Source: a virus. From it: a stretch of DNA of 64,000 bases. A model generated the notes under the pieces. It made no database searches. It was not told the DNA's origin and worked only from the letters and a program-made list of their open reading frames with translations. The position numbers and the translations under genes were made by a program. Location of the stretch: positions 1-64,000 of the IMG/VR virus record IMGVR_UViG_3300004369_000011, one strand, 5' to 3'. This document shows positions 28,367 through 37,982 of the stretch, one piece after another (the stretch's first letter is position 1; every line of letters begins with the position of its first letter).

Positions 28367-28497
28367 ATGGCAAGCTTTTTTAACGTCGCTACGGCTAATG
28401 TCGATACTGGCCCAGTTACGCTGCTCTTGCTTTAATTATTAATAACCCACCCGTGGACCAAGGTTCGTTTATTGGTCTGATTATGGCTCTGAGTTAA
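28367..28497 (+). pseudogene. chimeric remnant: 5' end of a small adaptor gene fused out of frame to the 3' end of a third ALASGNA fibre gene
   Basis: GAGGAG RBS then MASFFNVATANVDTGPVTLLLL*; overlapping frame reads AALALIINNPPVDQGSFIGLIMALS*. Confidence 0.65.
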
Positions 28498-28600
28498 AAG
28501 CCAGTCGTTTGTCTGTTTATTTTTTTTCGGCGCCCTTACTGAGCTATTTGTGGCATGCCTATAGTAGTATCAGTTGTTGGTTTATCTTAACTTAATTCTT

Positions 28601-29272
28601 ATGCACCCTGACATCACTAATACTCTTAATTATTGCCCAGAAGCATCTTTATCCTCGTTTATTAAGGAGTATGATGGTTACTTTACTGATGACTTAGTTT
28701 CTCGGATACTGTCGGAGTACACCTACGACGACCCTTGTTATTGTGACTCTGGCATCAATCAAAATGGTTCTCACGATATTACGACAAATCAGAGTATAAG
28801 GTCCTCTCGTACGTTGCTAATTTCCGCACCAGAGGTAAAAGCAAAAAACCCTTCTGTGCGAGAGAGTATCGATGCTGAAATCTATAGTATTTTAAATAAT
28901 GTTATTACTGAATATGTTAGTGACGTGATGCCTTTGGCCCGAGTTAGTGCCGACTCAGGCTATGAGCTGACCTCTTACGCAAAAGGCTCTTTTTTCAGAG
29001 AACATATCGATACGTTCTATCCTTCAGAATCTGCTCATTTATCTAGTATGGATATGGTTCTTGCAAGAGCCGCAGCTAGTAGGCAACTTTCTATTTCTAT
29101 CCAATTAAACGAAGAATATGAGGGAGGTGAGTTAACTTTTTACGATAAAAAACACACAGTTACGAAGAAAAAAGGATTAATAACTGTTTTTCCGTCGAAC
29201 AACTTGTTTCCTCATCAAGTAACCCCCGTGGAAGCAGGTATTCGTTATTCAATTGTCACTTGGTTCTCCTGA
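28601..29272 (+). CDS. 2OG-Fe(II) oxygenase (prolyl-4-hydroxylase-like)
   Basis: HID, LNEEYEGGEL, FPS..FPHQVTPV..G.RYSIVTW. Confidence 0.85.
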   Translation: MHPDITNTLNYCPEASLSSFIKEYDGYFTDDLVSRILSEYTYDDPCYCDSGINQNGSHDITTNQSIRSSRTLLISAPEVKAKNPSVRESIDAEIYSILNNVITEYVSDVMPLARVSADSGYELTSYAKGSFFREHIDTFYPSESAHLSSMDMVLARAAASRQLSISIQLNEEYEGGELTFYDKKHTVTKKKGLITVFPSNNLFPHQVTPVEAGIRYSIVTWFS

Positions 29273-29340
29273 TTTTTTCTACCCTTTCAGTAACGAGATC
29301 GGTTCTGCTAAGATTACTGTATTCATCGGTTGCGGGTCTT

Positions 29341-29661
29341 ATGGCCACGTTTTACAATCGTGTCGTCAGAAACGTGGACACGGCCAAAATTGTAGCATTT
29401 CAGTCTTCTTCGGATAGTACCATCATCCTGAGCATGCTGTGTGCTAATACTGATGGAGCTAACAACGCTGACATCACGATTCAGCAGGATGACGCTAGCA
29501 ATACTGTCGAAGCATATGTCGCCTTTACACTCCCTGTCCCCGCTGACGCAAACGTTGATGCGATCAGTAATAAAATGATTCTGCCAAGCGGCAAAAAAAT
29601 TGCTGTTTCTGCCAGCTCCAGTGGCAAGCTTGATGTGATTGTTAGCTATGTAGAGGTCTAA
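29341..29661 (+). CDS. small tail-fibre adaptor-like protein
   Basis: MATFYN...VPADA..K.IL..G...LDVIVSYVEV family pattern. Confidence 0.55.
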   Translation: MATFYNRVVRNVDTAKIVAFQSSSDSTIILSMLCANTDGANNADITIQQDDASNTVEAYVAFTLPVPADANVDAISNKMILPSGKKIAVSASSSGKLDVIVSYVEV

Positions 29662-29663
29662 TT

Positions 29664-30410
29664 ATGGGTCAGTCGAACTGGAGCGCTTCTTTATTTTATA
29701 AAGAGGACGCAGACCCCTTTTTCCTCCCTTACCGTTTCAAACTTCCAGATGGAAGTTCTAGATACGCTTCAGATTGTTCACTCGAAGATATACATCTAGC
29801 AGGTTTTAAGGGGCCTGCGCCTCAGCCTCCTATTCCTTCTGAAGATACGTTAGAGGCCTCGTGGGACTCTAACTCAGAGTCATGGATTTTTACCCCTAAA
29901 CAGAATATCTCAGCCGTGTTAGAGAGTAAGTTGTGTCTCGCTGATATTAAACAACGTCTAAAATATTGTATGCCAGATGGACCTTTAGACGGTCCTGAAG
30001 AGTATAAAGAGGCTGTTTATAAATATAGAGGGCATCTCTTTACGCTACTTCATGAGTGTGAAGAACATGGTCATCTATTAACTTACGGTGATTTAGCTTT
30101 CGAACCACCGGATGTTTCTATCGCTACTTGGGATAACGTAAAACAGAGGCAGATAAATTATTTTGAAACGGAAAAACATAACCTTCGTTCCATTTACGAA
30201 TCTCAGGGGGCTATCCCTTCTCCATCTAATGTTTTAGTGTCAGGTTTTTGGGAAGTTAATTCAGTCCCAGATGATTGGGTGCTGGGTTTTGGACCTATAG
30301 CAGCGTATACTCTTCAGAATAATATTATTCCACCCAGTGGGTATGAGATAGCCACGGTTCATATCGAGCCTTCGGGTTATTACTACATAGTCCCGGCAGA
30401 TTCTCCTTAA
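29664..30410 (+). CDS. putative tail-fibre assembly chaperone
   Basis: LPYRFKLPDGSSR, AGFKGP..PP, WD....W and YR..L motifs. Confidence 0.45.
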   Translation: MGQSNWSASLFYKEDADPFFLPYRFKLPDGSSRYASDCSLEDIHLAGFKGPAPQPPIPSEDTLEASWDSNSESWIFTPKQNISAVLESKLCLADIKQRLKYCMPDGPLDGPEEYKEAVYKYRGHLFTLLHECEEHGHLLTYGDLAFEPPDVSIATWDNVKQRQINYFETEKHNLRSIYESQGAIPSPSNVLVSGFWEVNSVPDDWVLGFGPIAAYTLQNNIIPPSGYEIATVHIEPSGYYYIVPADSP

Positions 30411-30475
30411 TTCGATTATTATCTAGGTAGTCCTTGCTCCGCTTTCTTTTTTCTTTACCCACCCGCTGCTGATCG

Positions 30476-31513
30476 ATGCCTAATAATAAAAAGATTGGAA
30501 ATCAGACAGGTAGTGTTCCCCTACCTACTTCTCAGTCTGCTGGAGGTAGCTTCGTCTCTAATGAAGTTGCACGTTTCGTTGCTTTGAATCAGTGGCCTAA
30601 ACCTTCGACTGGTTTAGTTACCTCGGCTGGTGATTATATTTTTGCACTATCCTCAGGTACTGTTACAGAGGCTAGTGGTGCCTATGGTTTCCTCGTTGCA
30701 TACGGTAACGAAGTATCCCGAACGCTTTATCCGAGTCTTTTTGACCGAATTGGTACTAATTACGGCGACGGTAACGGCACCACTACTTTTAACTTACCCG
30801 AGGTCTGGGGAGACTATGGGTACCTGAAAGGAGCCTCTACTCCCTCCGGTGTTACTCAATCTGGTTGTCTACCTTTTCATACTCATTCTATTAGTTGTAA
30901 AGTTACATATTCCACTCCTATATGGTTTGTTCCTCAGACAACCCCCAATCAGTCACGAACAATTTATACATCTTATGATGGTCAACGATCAAATGAAGGT
31001 GCTCACAAGGAGGTTGTCCCTCTTATTACTACTGCTGAAACCGTAGGGGTACCCGTTGGGTGTGCCATTCAGTTTTTCTTGCCTAGCACTGTTGCATCGC
31101 TAGCTGCTGTATTACCGGATTCTGTTCTTATTGCCAGTGGACAGGCAATTAGTCGTAATGGATATGATCTACTGTTTGAAAGATTAGGAACCACCTACGG
31201 TTCGGGCGACGGCTCCACAACATTTAATATTCCTGACCTTAGAGGGGTCTTCCTAAGGGCACCGTCTGCTGATAAGGCTGTGCAACCTTTACCGCATATT
31301 ACTGGTTCAGGGTATGCGCTTTCCGCAACTATTAAACACGCCCATGCTTTTAGCGCTTACACAAACGACGTCGCTCAAGGTTCTGCCGGAGGCCCTGCTG
31401 GTGACGGTGAAATGACACCGCCTGCCTCGGGTCCCTCTAGTATCGGTGGATCCGAGTCCCGAGGACGCAATTTCCTCTGCTTAAATTGTATTGTTACTTC
31501 AGGTACTATTTAA
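30476..31513 (+). CDS. tail-collar domain protein (two domains)
   Basis: VSRTLYPSLFDRIGTNYGDGNGTTTFNLP and ISRNGYDLLFERLGTTYGSGDGSTTFNIPDLRGVFLR. Confidence 0.85.
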   Translation: MPNNKKIGNQTGSVPLPTSQSAGGSFVSNEVARFVALNQWPKPSTGLVTSAGDYIFALSSGTVTEASGAYGFLVAYGNEVSRTLYPSLFDRIGTNYGDGNGTTTFNLPEVWGDYGYLKGASTPSGVTQSGCLPFHTHSISCKVTYSTPIWFVPQTTPNQSRTIYTSYDGQRSNEGAHKEVVPLITTAETVGVPVGCAIQFFLPSTVASLAAVLPDSVLIASGQAISRNGYDLLFERLGTTYGSGDGSTTFNIPDLRGVFLRAPSADKAVQPLPHITGSGYALSATIKHAHAFSAYTNDVAQGSAGGPAGDGEMTPPASGPSSIGGSESRGRNFLCLNCIVTSGTI

Positions 31514-31515
31514 TC

Positions 31516-32034
31516 ATGCTCGGTCAAGTCGTTTACTCCAGCTACTATCGCGGACTGTCGTACATCGACGGTACCAATAAACAGTTTGTTTATTTAAACG
31601 GTCAAGTAATTGACCGTGCCACATTCCCCGTGTTAGATCCGTTCTTCGCTGCAGGAACTTACGGAAGCACCCTTTCGGATATCGTCCTTCCTGATCTTAC
31701 TCATGTCTATTGGCGAGGTATCGATTTAGGGAGGGGGGCTGATGTAGATAAAGCATCTAGAATAACTACTTCCGGTACAGACCCAACGGGAGATAACTTA
31801 GGTGCTTACCAAGATGCTGCCATGCTCCAGCATACTCATGCTAATGGTACGTGCCCTGATTACGGTAGTTTTATAAACGGAAGTAATTTTAGTAACGTTC
31901 GATTAACCGGCGGCACACGTGACACATCTAGTACTCCAGTTATTCAGGGGAGTGGTGTTTTTGCCTCTGGGACAGTCACAACAAGTTTTGATCTCGCTTC
32001 TGTTACTTATTTTCCTTACTTAGGGGTCGATTAA
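31516..32034 (+). CDS. tail-collar domain protein
   Basis: NGQVIDRATFP.L, LPDL...WRG.D.GRG.D and G.YQD....HTH. Confidence 0.75.
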   Translation: MLGQVVYSSYYRGLSYIDGTNKQFVYLNGQVIDRATFPVLDPFFAAGTYGSTLSDIVLPDLTHVYWRGIDLGRGADVDKASRITTSGTDPTGDNLGAYQDAAMLQHTHANGTCPDYGSFINGSNFSNVRLTGGTRDTSSTPVIQGSGVFASGTVTTSFDLASVTYFPYLGVD

Positions 32035-32044
32035 CTTAGTTGTA

Positions 32045-32629
32045 TTAGTAGAAGTTAAAAGAGATTGAGATACGCTCTTTTTCGTCCGTTGCCGGCGGCA
32101 TTACGTAATGGAGTAAATGTCCTGGGAAGAAATATAATGAGTTAGCTTTTGGTATAGCTTCTACTGATGGGGGCTCTTGATACCTAAGAGGGCTTGCTGT
32201 ATCTGGGCGAATTACTGTAAGTGGGCCTGGGTCTTCTGGTACTTGAGCATAGTAAATGGCGATATATTTAGTTGCACCGTGGGCATGAGGCACATTAAAT
32301 TGATTTTTTTCGTTTATGTTTACCCACCATTCGTAGGTACCGTTTAGTGGTGTCGATATACCTACAGCTCCGGGTACGATGTTTTTACATATTTCGTTTA
32401 CTGTGCTGACTAATTTTTTTAGTTCTGGTAAATCTGTTTTTGTAATTAACTTACTTTGCCAGCCTCCGATGTTGCTTAATTTTCTACCTTCGGGATCTTC
32501 TTCTCTTAATGAGAGGCATTCTCGACTAATTGTTTCGCTATCGACTGTAGGCTCGCACAGCAGAATAAATTGAGGGAATATGAAATCTACCAGGAGACTA
32601 TCGGGACGTATAAGTTTTTGGTTTTCCAT
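32045..32629 (-). CDS. putative 2OG-Fe(II) oxygenase (TIGR02466-like)
   Basis: SNIGGWQS, WVNIN..N.PH.H, FP..L.HYV, ERISISFN. Confidence 0.8.
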   Translation of the reverse strand: MENQKLIRPDSLLVDFIFPQFILLCEPTVDSETISRECLSLREEDPEGRKLSNIGGWQSKLITKTDLPELKKLVSTVNEICKNIVPGAVGISTPLNGTYEWWVNINEKNQFNVPHAHGATKYIAIYYAQVPEDPGPLTVIRPDTASPLRYQEPPSVEAIPKANSLYFFPGHLLHYVMPPATDEKERISISFNFY

Positions 32630-32686
32630 AAAACGAACGGTCGCAGTAGCAGTATAATACTACAGCTCTTTATCTCTTTACCTTAG

Positions 32687-33226
32687 GTGGCTGAACGGAT
32701 CTTTCGTATTCGAAATGTTTTTAGCCAAGGTCAAATACAGAAAACTTTAGACCTTTTAGATGACTACAGGGAGAATCCCTTTAAACCAGGGTGGAAATTT
32801 ACTACAGTTAGCTTCCCGGACTCCTCTAATGTTTTCTGGAACTTAGATCTTAAGCGAGATACGTTCTTTACTGAGGAATTATTTACCACCATTAAAGAAA
32901 CCATAGAAACAGAGTTTAATGAACTCGTTGAGTTGTATGATGTATATGCAAATGGACATACTGCTGGTTCGCGAGGTGATATGCATCGAGACGGTCCTGA
33001 TAATTTCAGAACTTTTTTAATATACTGTAATCGAGAGTGGAATATTGAACATTGCGGAGGCACAGTATTTTTTGATGAGTATAAGAACGACTACATAACA
33101 CATCAATTTATTCCTTTTGACTGTATTTATTTTCACGCAAACGTTGAACATTTTTCACAAACAGTTTCACATAGCTTTAGAGGTTTACGTACCAGTATCG
33201 CCTTCAAACTTAAACTTGCTACCTAG
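32687..33226 (+). CDS. 2OG-Fe(II) oxygenase
   Basis: YANGHT.G..G.MHRD, W...GG.VF, EH, LRTSIAFK. Confidence 0.8.
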   Translation: MAERIFRIRNVFSQGQIQKTLDLLDDYRENPFKPGWKFTTVSFPDSSNVFWNLDLKRDTFFTEELFTTIKETIETEFNELVELYDVYANGHTAGSRGDMHRDGPDNFRTFLIYCNREWNIEHCGGTVFFDEYKNDYITHQFIPFDCIYFHANVEHFSQTVSHSFRGLRTSIAFKLKLAT

Positions 33227-33867
33227 ATAGATATCCAAGTTCTGTCTTGCTTACAACTAGGATCATTGGTCTGTACCATCGGAAAACTAACAGAAAATCT
33301 TTTGGTTTGCGAAATAGCTAAATGAGGGTAGTATTTAGGTATTGTTATAGTATCTCCTGGACTGAGCACTTCATCTATTAAAACTTTTTCGTTTATTTTT
33401 AAATTACCTTGTTTATTTACATCTCTATTTTCTAACTTAGGCCAGACTTTAAACCGTGTCTTTCCTTCACACTGAACTATATAGTTGTCAGCATTATCCC
33501 AATGAATTCCAAAAGGATGTGCAGTCTCTGGGTTTAAACAGATGTATATGTGTGCGTCTGCCTGGCATTGATAAATTTCTTCCAGTTGTTTTGCTTTCTC
33601 GTTTAATTTTTTTGTAAATCTTGACGCATCTCGAAGATAGCAAACGTAATTCTCTAGCATTTTTTTTGATAAACTCGGCGGCCATGTATTAATGTCCGTT
33701 GTCCAACAATCATGAGGCCACTCTACCTCTGCGCTACCTAATACGACAAAACGCCCCGTGGTTATAAGTGGCCTCGTGTTAAAAATTACGCTTAATTCCT
33801 CTCTTGTAAGTAGATTTTTACAGTCTCCTCTTTTCAGGACTGGCCCTTCGATCTGCTTTGTTCCCAT
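33223..33867 (-). CDS. JmjC/cupin-4 (RoxA/YcfD-like) oxygenase
   Basis: FGIHWD..N.IVQCEGKT.F, LSPGD...IP..YPH.A, R.S.SF. Confidence 0.75.
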   Translation of the reverse strand: MGTKQIEGPVLKRGDCKNLLTREELSVIFNTRPLITTGRFVVLGSAEVEWPHDCWTTDINTWPPSLSKKMLENYVCYLRDASRFTKKLNEKAKQLEEIYQCQADAHIYICLNPETAHPFGIHWDNADNYIVQCEGKTRFKVWPKLENRDVNKQGNLKINEKVLIDEVLSPGDTITIPKYYPHLAISQTKRFSVSFPMVQTNDPSCKQDRTWISI

Positions 33868-33902
33868 CGTGGTAGTATAGCATCACTAAGTTTATTACAT
33901 TC

Positions 33903-34496
33903 ATGGAGTCAGCTCTTGTTAAATCTTTAGGTAATACTTACAAGGTCTTACCTGAGTTTATTTCAGCAGAGACTGTAGAAAAAATTAAGACAAGTTTTTT
34001 CGATAGTTTGGCGGCTGGTGATAGTAGTTTTGGTGTTATTTCCCCAGAAGACGATTCCTGCGTTCGAAACGCTGTAGGTATTTATATGCATAGTATGTCT
34101 GCTATAACGTTGTGCGATAAATTAAGCACTGTAAGTGAGATTACTGGTAGAGATTGTTTACCTTCTTATTGCTATACGCGTTTAACAAAAACAGGAGGCA
34201 CCTTAAACAGCCACAGAGATAGGCCTTCTTGCGAAATGACCGTTAGTGTTCACATTAGTGGTGATGAACCTTGGTATTTATCCGTAGAAAATATTGAAGG
34301 TAATATGGACGATATCTTATTAAACCCAGGGGATGCAGTCATTATGGATGGCTGCAATCATGAGCACATAAGGTTAGGTGAGTATAAAGGGACGGAGTAT
34401 CTGCAAATGTGTCTTCACTATATATTCGTCGACGGTGAGTTTAAACAGTGGGTTTTTGATAGCCCTGCCTTGTTCGGGATGTGTAATCGAATTTAA
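33903..34496 (+). CDS. 2OG-Fe(II) oxygenase-like protein
   Basis: LPSYCYTR, L..HRDRPSCE, L.PGDAVI..G...EH.R, Q..LHY. Confidence 0.75.
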   Translation: MESALVKSLGNTYKVLPEFISAETVEKIKTSFFDSLAAGDSSFGVISPEDDSCVRNAVGIYMHSMSAITLCDKLSTVSEITGRDCLPSYCYTRLTKTGGTLNSHRDRPSCEMTVSVHISGDEPWYLSVENIEGNMDDILLNPGDAVIMDGCNHEHIRLGEYKGTEYLQMCLHYIFVDGEFKQWVFDSPALFGMCNRI

Positions 34497-34549
34497 TTGA
34501 GACAGGTTGTTTATTTGAGTTAAACTTGTTTAAAGTTGCACACTTTTAG

Positions 34550-34990
34550 GTGGGCGATTCACTTGAACAGGACTTAGTTTTTTCTCTTAGTTGCCTTCAA
34601 AGACGGTCCGCCCGTAAGCGATTTCGAAAAGATATTCTTGATGCATGGGATAATCAGTGTGCTTACTGTGGAGACGGACGAGCCCACACATTGGATCACA
34701 TAATCCCTAGAGCTAAAGGAGGTACAACCAAACGCGGTAATCTTTTAGCTTGTTGCCCTACCTGCAATCTGCACAAATCAGATAGCGAATGGATGACATG
34801 GTACAGATTACAAATTTTTTGGTGCGCAGAGAAGGAAGACGCTATATGGAATTGGTTAGCTTATAACCATGAATACAGTATTGCGGCACGTGAGTACGAA
34901 AAAGCCTGCCAGGGTCCTCTTAGACTCCCAGCAGACTTAGAAATCATCGTTACTAGTGACTTAGACGAAGAAGTGGTTTTAACTGGCTAG
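34550..34990 (+). CDS. HNH endonuclease
   Basis: CAYCG...TLDHIIPRAKGG....NL..CCPTCN. Confidence 0.85.
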   Translation: MGDSLEQDLVFSLSCLQRRSARKRFRKDILDAWDNQCAYCGDGRAHTLDHIIPRAKGGTTKRGNLLACCPTCNLHKSDSEWMTWYRLQIFWCAEKEDAIWNWLAYNHEYSIAAREYEKACQGPLRLPADLEIIVTSDLDEEVVLTG

Positions 34991-35170
34991 TTATTTTTTA
35001 GCAAGTTTGGTCACTAAACCCGCAAGCACTTCGAGTACTCGATAAAATTTGCCGTACAACTCGTTGTCGCGAGGAGTAGGAGTGGCGTTAATAATCGCCA
35101 GAGCTAGAAGATGAAGAGCGCCCCCGATAGCGACAATTTCAGTCCAGTGCGTGGCCAAGAAAGTGAGCAT
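34991..35170 (-). CDS. small membrane protein (holin-like)
   Basis: hydrophobic helix followed by the NATPTPRDN motif. Confidence 0.5.
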   Translation of the reverse strand: MLTFLATHWTEIVAIGGALHLLALAIINATPTPRDNELYGKFYRVLEVLAGLVTKLAKK

Positions 35171-35251
35171 AATTTTTCCGCGTATACACGAATTATACAA
35201 GCACTTACTAAGACAAAACCTTAATACAAACTATGAACAAAACTAATGAAA

Positions 35252-35596
35252 TTAAGAATCTTGTTCTGAAGCTTCTGTAGGTGAATAAAAAGGAGCTGTT
35301 AATCTGATTTCCCCACCGAGTAAACTCTGAGCGATTGAGTCATCAGGAGGTAACTCACTGTACAAGGGCTCAATATAATCTTTTTCTTCTTCGTCCCACA
35401 GCTTATGCAACTCCTGTACTTGTTTATCTACTTCGATCATCTCACGCTCGGCTCTGTAAGCACACCAGTCTTCGAAACAGTTTTTTAAAATTTGTTTTAT
35501 CCACGGATTAGTTTTAAAGAACGCAGAGAACTCCTGTAAGAATAAAATTACTTCGTATATCAAGGCGTTTACTACGATGTATTTTTGTTTCTCCAC
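35252..35596 (-). CDS. hypothetical protein
   Basis: 114-aa ORF. Confidence 0.55.
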   Translation of the reverse strand: MEKQKYIVVNALIYEVILFLQEFSAFFKTNPWIKQILKNCFEDWCAYRAEREMIEVDKQVQELHKLWDEEEKDYIEPLYSELPPDDSIAQSLLGGEIRLTAPFYSPTEASEQDS

Positions 35597-35642
35597 GGGT
35601 CAGCTAGAATTTGTATAAACAGGCTATCGCGCCCTCGTTGTT

Positions 35643-36041
35643 ATGGCTGAAGTTACTTTCAACCGGGAAGCCGGAGCAGCTCCTGCAGGCATTACCCGTT
35701 TTCGCCAGTTTCGCACCAGCGACGGTTCGAACGTAACCGTTAACAGCTTCCGTACCTTTGCAGGGGACGGACTCTATTCTCTTGCGGACGTGTATGAGAT
35801 TACTTTTGGTACTACTGGCACGGCTTCTTTTTCCCTAGGAGCAGGGGCTTTCGCCGTCCGTGGTTACCGCGTGTATGACTCAACCGGTGTTTTAAAGGGG
35901 TCTGTTGAAAGCCCCAAAACTTCTCGTCGTACCACAGCAGATTTAAGTTACAGCGTAACTTCTGGCGATACCGCTACGGTTTATGTCGATCGGTCTGATC
36001 GCAGTCCTACCGAGTATCGTTTGACTGTATCGGCTGCTTGA
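35643..36041 (+). CDS. putative structural protein
   Basis: T/S/G-rich beta composition, biased codons, TAGAAT upstream. Confidence 0.55.
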   Translation: MAEVTFNREAGAAPAGITRFRQFRTSDGSNVTVNSFRTFAGDGLYSLADVYEITFGTTGTASFSLGAGAFAVRGYRVYDSTGVLKGSVESPKTSRRTTADLSYSVTSGDTATVYVDRSDRSPTEYRLTVSAA

Positions 36042-36045
36042 CCTT

Positions 36046-37287
36046 ATGCGGTTATCTGAAGCTGGGCTGTCCCTCATTAAAGAGTTTGAGGGGCTACAGC
36101 TTACTGCATATAAGTGTGCCGCTTCCGTGTGGACTATTGGCTACGGACACACTGGTCCCGACGTAGAGGAGGGCCAGCAGATCACTGAACAACAGGCTGA
36201 TCAACTGTTACTCCAAGACTGTGAGTCAAGCCAGCAGTGTGTTAGTTCATTTGTACATGTTCCTTTAAATCAGTATGAGTATGACGCTTTAGTTTCTTTT
36301 GTATTTAATGTGGGCCCCACGGCCTTTATCAACTCAACACTTTGCAAATTACTACTTTCTGGAACGGAGCGTTCTATTGTCGCTTCTGAGTTTTCTAGAT
36401 GGGTCAAAGCCGGAACTAAAATTCTTCCTGGCCTAGTACGTCGACGAACAGCAGAAAAAGAGTTATTTTTACGCAAAATCAAACACCCGAAATTGACTCA
36501 CTCCCTTCTGGCTAAGCAAGATACCTGGCTTAAACGTAAGCCTGTCGATGCGGCAAAACTTGCGGCGGAAGAAAAACTTTTTGTACCCAAAGGCTCCGCG
36601 TGGGAGTGGGCCGAGATTCGGCGTTATCCCAGTGAAGCCCATCAACAGATTTTTTTAACGGCTCAACCGGATACCGAATGGTGGTTTTTTCCAGACCACT
36701 GGAAAGTTATAAATGATGCACCCCCCGCACCGGCTCCGTCCGCGCCTGCAATTTCTGCAGAGATTAAGTTAAAGGTTCCTTATTATTCGCAAAGGGATAA
36801 TGCGCGAGATCCGATGCGCACTTGTTTTTCGTCCTCTTGTGCCATGCTTCTGGCAGCTTTGAAGCCGGGCAGCATCTCTGGGGATGATGCCTATATAAAC
36901 ACGGTGTATCGCCACGGAGATACAACGCAGGCTTGGGTGCAACTCAGGGCCCTAGCAGATTACGGAGTGAAAGCAGAGTTTCTTCAAAACGGTAACTGGA
37001 CGTCTATCGAAACTCAATTAACCAATGGAATTCCTGTTCCTATTGGTATTCTTCATCATGGGCCAGTCAGTCGTCCTCATGGATTTGGACATTGGATTGT
37101 TGTTATAGGCATTACAGCTGACAAGCAGCGTTTTATTGTGCACGATCCGTTTGGCGATTTAGATTTGGTTAATGGAGGATATCTTTCTACTAATGGAAAT
37201 AGCAGACTGTATTCCAAGAAGAATCTCGCCGCCCGGTGGTTAGTCGAAGGTAAGGCCAGCGGCTGGTTTGTTCGGGCAGTTAAATAG
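36046..37287 (+). CDS. endolysin: GH24 lysozyme plus C39-like cysteine peptidase
   Basis: IKEFEG..L.AY.C..VWTIGYGHT, GLVRRR.AE; VPYYSQRDN..CFSSSCAM, GHW, HDPFG. Confidence 0.85.
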   Translation: MRLSEAGLSLIKEFEGLQLTAYKCAASVWTIGYGHTGPDVEEGQQITEQQADQLLLQDCESSQQCVSSFVHVPLNQYEYDALVSFVFNVGPTAFINSTLCKLLLSGTERSIVASEFSRWVKAGTKILPGLVRRRTAEKELFLRKIKHPKLTHSLLAKQDTWLKRKPVDAAKLAAEEKLFVPKGSAWEWAEIRRYPSEAHQQIFLTAQPDTEWWFFPDHWKVINDAPPAPAPSAPAISAEIKLKVPYYSQRDNARDPMRTCFSSSCAMLLAALKPGSISGDDAYINTVYRHGDTTQAWVQLRALADYGVKAEFLQNGNWTSIETQLTNGIPVPIGILHHGPVSRPHGFGHWIVVIGITADKQRFIVHDPFGDLDLVNGGYLSTNGNSRLYSKKNLAARWLVEGKASGWFVRAVK

Positions 37288-37454
37288 TGGACTGGCTCAA
37301 CGTTGCAAAATGCGCGGACAAAAGGGCATCTGCCATCACTTTCTCTTTTGATGGCGAAAGCAGCCCTCTAGGTGAGCTAGAAACCCGCGAGATGGCTAAA
37401 GCCCAGGCGTATAGACAAGTGTTCCTGCGTTATTTTTATGAAACTAAAGATTGA
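37287..37454 (+). CDS. small hypothetical protein, not in ORF track (MDWLNVAKCADKR...)
   Basis: GTG overlaps the endolysin stop; 55 aa. Confidence 0.4.
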   Translation: MDWLNVAKCADKRASAITFSFDGESSPLGELETREMAKAQAYRQVFLRYFYETKD

Positions 37455-37498
37455 CGAGGGCCTCTTTGAGCTAAAGTCAAACTTCCCAAAACTTTTTT

Positions 37499-37720
37499 AT
37501 GGGCACGCACTACGAGAGTCTTTTGCAAAATTGGGATGCCTCTGAGGAGCAGAAGCGCTCTGATTTTTTAGAATATCTGTATGAGTTTTATGAGGTCACA
37601 GATGGGTTGTATACGGGCCTTTGGTCTGCTTTTTGCGTGGATATTGGCTTTGTTACAAGAGATTTGATTTTAGAGGGCAACCTTAAATGTACCCTCGCTG
37701 ACGACGTTGAGGTAAAATAA
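37499..37720 (+). CDS. hypothetical protein
   Basis: 73-aa ORF with GLYTGLW motif. Confidence 0.55.
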   Translation: MGTHYESLLQNWDASEEQKRSDFLEYLYEFYEVTDGLYTGLWSAFCVDIGFVTRDLILEGNLKCTLADDVEVK

Positions 37721-37739
37721 ATTTAGCTGCCTTGGTTTT

Positions 37740-37973
37740 TTGGCGAGAGATTACGCTAAAGAATATAGAGAGCACGGGGGTACCGAAAAGCAAAAAAAAC
37801 GGCGGGCGGCCCGTAATAAAGCTCGTCGGCATATGGAGCGAGCTGGCCGTGTGCATAAAGGGGATGGTAGGGAAGTAGACCACAAGGATTACAATCCAGA
37901 AAATAACTCACCTGGAAATCTCCGCGTGGTCGACAAAACGACAAATCGCGAAAAGCAACCTAAACGGAGCTAA
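37740..37973 (+). CDS. short HNH protein (RDYxKEY family)
   Basis: RAARNKARR..KGDG.EVDH...N..NLRVV....NR. Confidence 0.75.
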   Translation: MARDYAKEYREHGGTEKQKKRRAARNKARRHMERAGRVHKGDGREVDHKDYNPENNSPGNLRVVDKTTNREKQPKRS

Positions 37974-37982
37974 AGTAGAAGC

